Shown: piece after piece, positions 57,172 through 64,000 of the stretch
Numbering within the stretch: the first letter of the stretch is position 1
Layout of the letters: every line of letters starts with the position of its first letter
NCBI GenBank assembly: GCA_002412065.1
Contig: GG730040.1
Span: forward strand, 2,311 to 66,310
Source of the DNA: Candidatus Parvarchaeum acidiphilum ARMAN-4
GTDB taxonomy: Archaea; Nanobdellota; Nanobdellia; Parvarchaeales; Parvarchaeaceae
DNA: 64,000 bases
Reading direction: 5' to 3'
Translations under genes and position numbers: made by a program
Notes under the pieces: model-generated
Databases searched by the model: none
Told to the model about the DNA's origin: nothing
The model's input: only the letters and a program-made list of their open reading frames with translations

Positions 57172-57900
57172 ATGTTTACTACTAACAGAATAGATATCAA
57201 AGGAGTAGTGTTTGATTTTGATAACACTTTGGTTGATACAAAAACTACAATATATGAGGGTTATAAATTAGTTTTCTTTGAAATAGCTAAAAAATTTAAT
57301 ATAGATAAAGAAAGTTTAATTTCCTCTGCAAATCATTTTCAGGAAGAAAGAATCAAGGTATTAACAAGGTCTAAAGTCTCTTACGATCATGCAGAGTGGA
57401 TAAGTTTAATAGCAGAAAATGCAGGGATAAAATTAAATCAGGATGAAAATGAATATTACAAAAAGCTTTTTTATAATTATGTCTTGAATAATCAGAGATT
57501 CTCAAACAAAACAGATGAGCTTCTAACTCAACTTAAAAAAGAAGGGAAAAAATTAGCATTGTTGAGCGAAAAAGACTCAGTACCGGGTTTAAAGGCTGAA
57601 AGAATAAGCAAAGTGCCATTTCACAGTTATTTTGATTTAATAGTAATAGCAGGCGAAACAATTCCTTTTACAAAGTCAAAAGATGGTTCTAGGGTATTTA
57701 CAGAAACTGCAAAACTTTTGGGTTTAAATCCAAACGAGATAGTAATGGTGGGAGACAGGTTGGATTTAGACATACAAAACGCAAAGGAATCTGGAATGAA
57801 TGCAATTTTATTCACAGGCTACATAAAATCAGAGGAAAAAAGTAAATATAAACCAGATTTTGTAGTAGATAATCTGTTAAATCTAAGTAGTATTATATAA
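57172..57900 (+). CDS. HAD-superfamily hydrolase (paralogue of 25322..25975)
   Basis: IKGVVFDFDNTLVDT and MVGDRLDLDIQNAKESGMNAILF. Confidence 0.8.
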   Translation: MFTTNRIDIKGVVFDFDNTLVDTKTTIYEGYKLVFFEIAKKFNIDKESLISSANHFQEERIKVLTRSKVSYDHAEWISLIAENAGIKLNQDENEYYKKLFYNYVLNNQRFSNKTDELLTQLKKEGKKLALLSEKDSVPGLKAERISKVPFHSYFDLIVIAGETIPFTKSKDGSRVFTETAKLLGLNPNEIVMVGDRLDLDIQNAKESGMNAILFTGYIKSEEKSKYKPDFVVDNLLNLSSII

Positions 57901-57939
57901 TTTATTATATAATATTCAATAATTTGAAAATCTGGACTT

Positions 57940-58929
57940 TTAAAGCATTATTATGATTCTTCCGCTCTTTTCTTTGTTGTTGATCTCTTTGAATGCTTCC
58001 TTTGCTTCCTGAAAATTGAATTTTTTCCAAGTTTTTACTTTTAGGTCTCCTGATTTATTTACTACCTCAGAAAATTGCTTGATTGAACCTCCAGTTGAGC
58101 CCAATATGCTTAGCTGTTTGCTATAAAGCTGCGAAATATCTATCTGTGCATTACTCCCAGTTTCTGTTCCGAATGTAACCATTCTTCCATTTTTACCTAA
58201 AAGGGAATAACCCAAATCCCATAATTTCGTACCTATAGAATCAATCACTACATCTACCATTTTTGAATCTGTTATCTTTTTTACTTCTTCTAATGCGTTT
58301 TCGTATCCAACTACGTAATCAGCACCAAAATCTTTAACCCAATCCTTACTTGAAATTGCAATTGTCTTTGCACCAAACATTTTAGCAAATTGAAGTGCAA
58401 ATATTCCCGTATTACCAGAAGCTCCAACTACAGCGATAAATTCATCTTTTCTAATATTAGCCCTATTTAATGCATTGTAAGACGTAAGAGCAGCTACTGG
58501 CAAGCTAGCAGCTAATTCAAAACTTGTAGAATCTGGTATCTTAAAAGCATTCTTTTGATTTATTACTGCGTATTCTGTTAAGCCGCCATTAGATCCAATG
58601 CTAAATATATATCCATTATCGCAAAGCATTTCCTCTCCGCTTAAGCAATAATGGCACGTTCCATCAAAATATCTATTATAAACGCTTACCCTATCTCCTT
58701 TTTTGAGTGCCTTTACTTCTTCTCCAACCTCTTCTATTTCTCCTGCAAATTCCGCTCCAGGGATTATTTCAGATTTTACTGGTATCAAATCAATTACCAT
58801 TGAGTCAATGGGGTTTAGTCCAATTGCCTTTACCTTTACAAGGACTTCATCATGTTTTAATTTTGGTCTGTTTATTTCCTTTAAATTTAAGTTGTCTATT
58901 CCGTTTTTGCTTAAAACCCATGCTTTCAT
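57940..58929 (-). CDS. zinc-dependent medium-chain dehydrogenase/reductase (alcohol dehydrogenase-like)
   Basis: GAEFAGEIEEVGEEVKALKKGDRV, CHYC...C structural-zinc-like Cys cluster, and Rossmann AVVGASGNTGIFALQFAK. Confidence 0.8.
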   Translation of the reverse strand: MKAWVLSKNGIDNLNLKEINRPKLKHDEVLVKVKAIGLNPIDSMVIDLIPVKSEIIPGAEFAGEIEEVGEEVKALKKGDRVSVYNRYFDGTCHYCLSGEEMLCDNGYIFSIGSNGGLTEYAVINQKNAFKIPDSTSFELAASLPVAALTSYNALNRANIRKDEFIAVVGASGNTGIFALQFAKMFGAKTIAISSKDWVKDFGADYVVGYENALEEVKKITDSKMVDVVIDSIGTKLWDLGYSLLGKNGRMVTFGTETGSNAQIDISQLYSKQLSILGSTGGSIKQFSEVVNKSGDLKVKTWKKFNFQEAKEAFKEINNKEKSGRIIIML

Positions 58930-59076
58930 ATCGTATAAGATATATTTGATAATATAAAAACTTTTTAGTTTAAGACTTATTATAGTCTTTACAAGGAAGG
59001 CTTATTTTAGTTATAATAACTACAATTAAGTGGCTTTTAATTTAATTATATATACTACCTATAATCTTAAAGTAAG

Positions 59077-60840
59077 ATGAAACTTGAAGAAACTCTTTCA
59101 AATGAGGATTACTTAAAAAATGTTATTCATAAAGTGAGTATTTTAGGTCCAGACATAATACCTACAATAGAAAATACCGTTTCAAAATATAATGGATATG
59201 CAGCTAAGTCAGTTGCTTTCAGTTTGCTAAATCTTGCTTATTACAAAAAAGATAAGGACATAACCTTAGAGATATTGCACACTATTGACAATTATAGCGG
59301 AGTTGTAGGAGAATATATGCTAGATCATATTGTCCGTTTCGCAAATATTATCCAAGATAAAAATACAATAATAAATTTTGCTAGAATAATGTCGCTTAAA
59401 AAGGTAGTAAATACGCTAAATATGTATAAGAGCAATGCTTCTGAAATCATCGTTTGGAATTCTTTAAAACTGGCTAAAGACATGGTTTTATACAAATCAG
59501 AAGTTAGTAATCTAAACTATAATTTAAGTGATCCGACATTGCAAGCCTTTAATTTTAATAACTTTATTGATATAATGTCAGATCAAACTATAGTTGATAC
59601 TATTGAAAAATATAAAGGAGAAAATATAAAAGAAGTTGCAAAAGAATTAGTAAAAATTGCTTTTAGGACTAGATCTACTGGAGCGGTTATTGCTGCTTGT
59701 AATATAGCAAAAACTGTGGGGTTGAATGCTTTTGAATTTCTTTCATCACGCGATTTTATCACTATATCTGAGGAAGGATTAGATAAACTTATTAATGACA
59801 CAAAAAGTTTTGATTCTGTATTGCCTTATCTAAAATCTAATGGTGAACTTCCAAAGCCTACTAAGTACAATATAAATAAATACCAGGACATAGCTAATGA
59901 ATACCTTTCAAGTTCTTATAACATAAATAAAAAACTTAATTTAAATCAGATACTTATGCTGTTTTCAGTTAATGATCATGATAGAAAAGATGTAATAAAT
60001 CTTGTGAATAACTCAATAGAAACAAACTCAAAACTTTATTCTTTAGTTAGTGGGGGGGATCCAAAATTGGATATAGATAAAGAAAAATTGTCATATCTAT
60101 TGTTGATAGCAGTAACTGGCTCAAGGGACAAAAATATAGAGCAAGAAGCTTTTAATTTTCTTTCTAAAATAGTTGGAGAGAGCGTTGTTAGAAAAGCTAA
60201 GCATTCTTTTAATTCTCAATATAAAGCAAAATTAATTGGTGATATCTCAAATTATGTTAAGAATGGAGATGTAAACAGCGCAATAAACCTGTTAAAAGAT
60301 ACTAAAGATGAAAGTATAAACGATATTTTATCTGTAGCAGGGTATAAAGACGGAGATTTAATTATTGCCGGGAAAAATACTGTCTTGTCTACGCAAAGCA
60401 ACAATCCATTAGATTACGACAGCAGATTACAAATTGCATGTGTTTATCTTCCAAGTGATTATGAAGGAGGCATAGAAGCATACTGTAAAGACAAAAGGTT
60501 TAATCTCATAAGATATGATATAAACGGTAAAAGTTTAGGCAGCGCAATTTGTTACCTTGAAAATGGAGTTTTTCTTGTTGACTCTGTAGAAGGACATAGG
60601 ACATTTCGAAAACCTAATGTATTCTCTATAGTTTATCAAGATTTAATAGATAGAGCTAAAGAGAACAGGGCAAAACAGATTATATTCAACACAACAGGCA
60701 GAAATGAAACCCCTCAAGAATTTATAAATTACGTTAAAAAAATAAATTTTAATAAAGGCAATACAAAAATGAACTTAAATACCAATGGTAACCTAGAAGC
60801 AAAAAGGTCTTTTGTATCCGGTTATATTGTAAACTTATAA
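59077..60840 (+). CDS. large hypothetical protein (587 aa)
   Basis: Clean ORF, Asn/Lys/Ile-rich, with no motif recognised. Confidence 0.45.
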   Translation: MKLEETLSNEDYLKNVIHKVSILGPDIIPTIENTVSKYNGYAAKSVAFSLLNLAYYKKDKDITLEILHTIDNYSGVVGEYMLDHIVRFANIIQDKNTIINFARIMSLKKVVNTLNMYKSNASEIIVWNSLKLAKDMVLYKSEVSNLNYNLSDPTLQAFNFNNFIDIMSDQTIVDTIEKYKGENIKEVAKELVKIAFRTRSTGAVIAACNIAKTVGLNAFEFLSSRDFITISEEGLDKLINDTKSFDSVLPYLKSNGELPKPTKYNINKYQDIANEYLSSSYNINKKLNLNQILMLFSVNDHDRKDVINLVNNSIETNSKLYSLVSGGDPKLDIDKEKLSYLLLIAVTGSRDKNIEQEAFNFLSKIVGESVVRKAKHSFNSQYKAKLIGDISNYVKNGDVNSAINLLKDTKDESINDILSVAGYKDGDLIIAGKNTVLSTQSNNPLDYDSRLQIACVYLPSDYEGGIEAYCKDKRFNLIRYDINGKSLGSAICYLENGVFLVDSVEGHRTFRKPNVFSIVYQDLIDRAKENRAKQIIFNTTGRNETPQEFINYVKKINFNKGNTKMNLNTNGNLEAKRSFVSGYIVNL

Positions 60841-61006
60841 TCTCTGTATCGCTCAGTATTACAATTTTTTGATTTTTAACATTATATTTCGTTAGTAAAT
60901 TTTAAACTAATATATAAAAATCCTACTAAAGGATTCGCAAGCAATTTTAATCTACATAACTAAATTACTTAATTTAAAGAGATAAGAGATATTACTAATT
61001 AAAGCA

Positions 61007-61079
61007 TGCCCCGACCGGGATTTGAACCCGGGTTTCCGCCTCGAAAGGGCGATGTCCTTGGCCTCTAGACTATCGGGGC
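61007..61079 (-). tRNA. tRNA-Glu (anticodon TTC)
   Basis: Minus strand GCCCCGA-UA-GUCU-AGAGGCCAAG-GAC-A-UCGCC-CUUUCGA-GGCGG-AAAC-CCGGG-UUCAAAU-CCCGG-U-CGGGGC-A. Canonical fold. Confidence 0.9.
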
Positions 61080-61133
61080 ATACCTCATTTAAAAACTATT
61101 TAAACATTTAAAGTTTGGTGCGTTTAAATAAGT

Positions 61134-62354
61134 ATGCCAAATGTTACATTTTATTTTGAAGTACACCAGCCTTACAGACTAAAAAGAGTATATTCCTTTA
61201 TAGAGAACAAGGAATTTATAGACCTGGACAAAAACACGGAAATATTCAGCAAGGTTGCAGATAAGTGCTATATACCAATGACCAAATTGCTTATAGATCT
61301 TGTAAAGGAATACCAAGAATTTAAGGTAAGTTTTTCCTTGACAGGGGTGTTTATGGAGCAGGCAGAGACATTCAAGCCGGAAGTAATTCAGCTTTTTCAG
61401 CAGTTATTTGATACAGGAAATATGGAATTGCTAGATGAAACCTATTATCATTCTCTTTCGTCTCTAATAAGCAAAGATGAGTTCATAGAGCAAGTAAAGC
61501 AGCACAAATCGTTGATGTATAAATATTTTAAATTTCACCCCAAAGTTTTTAGAAATACAGAAGCTATGTATTCAAATGAAATCGCTGACACAGTTTCAAA
61601 GATGGGCTACAAAGGAATAATCTCAGAGGGCTGGGATAGAGTACTGGGTTGGCGTTCTCCAAACTATGTATATACCGATCCAACAGAAAAAATAAAAGTC
61701 CTTATGAGAAATTACAAGTTGAGTGATGATATTGCTTTTAGGTTTTCAACCCCAACTTGGAATGAATTTCCTTTAACAGGTGAGAAATATTCAAATTGGA
61801 TTGCAAACAATGAAGGTGAGACAATAAATCTATTTATGGACTATGAAACTTTCGGGGAGCATCAATGGAAAGAAACTGGCATATTTGATTTTATGAAAGA
61901 TCTGCCCGGCAAGCTTATAAGTAAGGGAATAGGTTTCAGTACTGTATCAGAAGCTATAAAACAAAAAGCAGTAGGGGTGGTTGACGTTCCATATTATCTC
62001 TCTTGGGCAGATATGGATAGAGATTTGTCAGCATGGCTAGGGAATCAAATGCAGGATGCTGCTTTCCAGAAACTCAAATCTATGGAGAAAGAGGTTATGC
62101 TTACTGGGAGTGAAGAATTGATAAAGAGATGGAGACTACTGCAAACATCCGATAACTTTTATTATATGTGCACAAAATGGTTTTCTGATGGAGATATCCA
62201 CAAATATTTTAATGCTTATTCCTCTCCTTACGTTGCTTATTTAAATTATATGAATATAATCTCACAGCTTGATTCAATGGTTAAAACCTTTTTAAAGCTG
62301 CATCATAAGCCTGGAGATAAACCGGAAGAAATTTTTCCCAACCAAATTGATTAG
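61134..62354 (+). CDS. glycoside hydrolase family 57-like alpha-glucan-active enzyme
   Basis: N-terminal VTFYFEVHQPYRL resembles the GH57 motif. Adjacent to a glycogen synthase gene. Confidence 0.55.
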   Translation: MPNVTFYFEVHQPYRLKRVYSFIENKEFIDLDKNTEIFSKVADKCYIPMTKLLIDLVKEYQEFKVSFSLTGVFMEQAETFKPEVIQLFQQLFDTGNMELLDETYYHSLSSLISKDEFIEQVKQHKSLMYKYFKFHPKVFRNTEAMYSNEIADTVSKMGYKGIISEGWDRVLGWRSPNYVYTDPTEKIKVLMRNYKLSDDIAFRFSTPTWNEFPLTGEKYSNWIANNEGETINLFMDYETFGEHQWKETGIFDFMKDLPGKLISKGIGFSTVSEAIKQKAVGVVDVPYYLSWADMDRDLSAWLGNQMQDAAFQKLKSMEKEVMLTGSEELIKRWRLLQTSDNFYYMCTKWFSDGDIHKYFNAYSSPYVAYLNYMNIISQLDSMVKTFLKLHHKPGDKPEEIFPNQID

Positions 62355-64000
62355 CTAGATCATTTGCCGAAATTTTCAATTTAAGTAGATCATCTTCACT
62401 CATAAGCGCTATTTTTATCATGTCTTCTGCTATATTTGTAATAACTGCGTCTCTTTTCTTGCCAAGCATGTTTTCAACGAAAACACCTTTGTATCCTTTC
62501 CCATAATCTTTTAGTAAATATTGTCCGAATCCACTGAAATCAGAGGTAAATGAAATTGACATGTAAGCTGCGGCCTCTAAAGGAGTATATCCAAAGGGTT
62601 CGTATTTTGACAAGAAAAAGCCTGCAGTTGAAAGTGCTAGCATCTCATAATAAGTCAGATTTAAAAGTTCATCACCTACTGCAAGGTATTTTGGATAGAA
62701 TATAACTTTTACATGGTTTTCTGCTGAGTTTTCAAGTTTATTTTCGTGTAGTTTGTTTAGTATTGCATCATTATTTTCAGGATATGACAGTATAAAAGGA
62801 GTAAGTGGTGGATTTGTAGGCTTAGGTCTTCTAAGCTGCTTAATAAGCCTTTTTGAATCATTTATAATCTTGCTGTAGGCTTTGTCAACTGTATCTTCTT
62901 CAACTTCAACCGAAGACGATATTACTGAATCAAAGTTTTTTACATCTTCATCTAATGCAGATTTTGCGCTTACGTAAGTAAGGTAGTTTGCGACTACATC
63001 ATTTCTCACGCCGATAGTACCGGAAGGAACCGCTATAAGCGCTATTACATAATTGCCATCTGTCATCATTTTATCAAGTTTTCCTAGGGCATCTATAAAA
63101 ACATCATATCCTTTGTCATAAAATTCATACCTACCGCTAGTTACAAAGACTTTTAGATTGCTAGGGTTAATGTCATAATAAGGAAGGAAATAGGCATTAA
63201 CAAAATTATCAAGTTTCTTCTTAGCATTAACTCTCATAGAAGTCAGTTCTTCAGCCTTTGGTAAATCAGATGTATCTATTCCATTTATTGTTACAAAATC
63301 CGGCTTCTTCCCAAGTATTACACTAGCTTCTTTGGAAACTACGCTACTTACTGCTGTGAATATTGTTGCATTGAATGCCCCTGCTTTTTCAGTGAAATGT
63401 TTTGCTGCTACCCCATATTTGTAAGGCATATCTGGAGTTATTCCAGTATTAGAAATAACATAAACATTCGTGTTTCCCCCAGAATATGAGATAGCTCTCC
63501 CTAGAACAGTGGCATGAACAGTAAATACTGTGGGTACTTTAACATTTTTATATTTTAGATAAAGTATTGAACCGGCTGAAAGCCATTCATGTACCTGTAC
63601 AACTAAAGGCTGCTTAATAGTTTTGCTCAATGCTTCTATCACTGTTCCTGCTGCATATGACCATGCCAATGGTTCATTGTAATCCGATGGTGAATTTAAA
63701 GAGTCAATTTTGAAATTGTCCCAAAAGTCCTTTTTTACTTCATTTAAATGCTTGTTTTCAAATTCCTTTGCGTCGATTAATATCAAGTTTACATCATTTG
63801 CAGAAGACCATTTTCCAAAGTACATTTTAACCCATCAATTTTTATATTTCCCACGGCATCTTTTATGTATTGCGGAGGAGGGCTTTCTATGAATTCTACT
63901 GCGGCTTGATTTGGGTTGTAAAAACCTATTGCTAAATAATTTTCTCCAAATTGTTTTTTGATATATGCCGATTTTGAGGTTAAAACAGTCCATATTCCAC
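62281..64000 (-). pseudogene. glycogen(starch) synthase-like GT-B glycosyltransferase (GT3-like). N-terminal exon-like part is in another frame upstream of 63825 (frameshift at a T/A4 run 63825-63828) and continues past the window end
   Basis: The ORF 62281..63825 starts MYFGKWSSANDVNLILIDAKEF...HEWLSAGSILYLK...TVHATVLGR. The +1 frame upstream reads ...GIWTVLTSKSAYIKKQFGENYLAIGFYNPNQAAVEF...NIKIDGLK, the GGIYTVLKSKAP-type N-terminus, with no stop up to position 64000. Adding one A restores ...DGLKMYFGKW. Confidence 0.7.

Noticed and set aside
58703-58957. Two plus-strand ORFs
   Set aside because: Antisense to the MDR dehydrogenase gene.
60841-61006. 166-nt intergenic region upstream of tRNA-Glu examined for a structured ncRNA
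   Set aside because: Extremely AT-rich with no GC-rich stems. Most likely promoter or spacer only.

Overview
This window reads as an AT-rich (roughly one-third GC) archaeal chromosomal segment with standard stop codons. Archaeal hallmarks are the A/V-type ATP synthase genes, TFB, aIF5B, ribosomal proteins L15e and L35Ae, Trm1, GINS and about ten class III (prepilin-like) signal peptides. About 80 genes are called.

They include the tail of an A-type ATPase operon (atpK-E-C-F-A), Cdc48, ScpA and ScpB, an SMC gene broken into three pieces, KsgA, and a short ribosomal cluster (L2-S19-L22-S3-L29). There is an orphan complex-I membrane module (nuoJKLMN), an SPFH protein, TatD, RNase Z, NDK, TFB, GINS, a Hef-like helicase, MinD/ParA, SecDF, a GH57 enzyme, a glycogen synthase and three tRNAs (Thr-TGT, Thr-CGT, Glu-TTC). 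No CRISPR array, transposase or integrase was seen.

The accessory content is dominated by a surface and secretion repertoire. One minus-strand operon (42.9-47.4 kb) runs pilin, L15e, a cysteine-rich protein, a micro-protein, two large Ser/Thr/Cys-rich membrane-anchored glycoprotein-like proteins and a second pilin. Next to it sit a membrane-anchored thioredoxin-like CxxC protein, small secreted proteins and SecDF. A second cluster (38.4-40.8 kb) has a 576-aa protein of unknown function followed by four tiny pilin-like genes.

The second theme is gene disruption. Four genes (SMC, SPFH, RNase Z, glycogen synthase) carry frameshifts at A/T homopolymer runs; L35Ae and the SMC hinge carry in-frame TAA stops; one small membrane protein may be split at a G5 run. 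This is either a homopolymer-error-prone assembly or real gene decay, and needs read-level verification.
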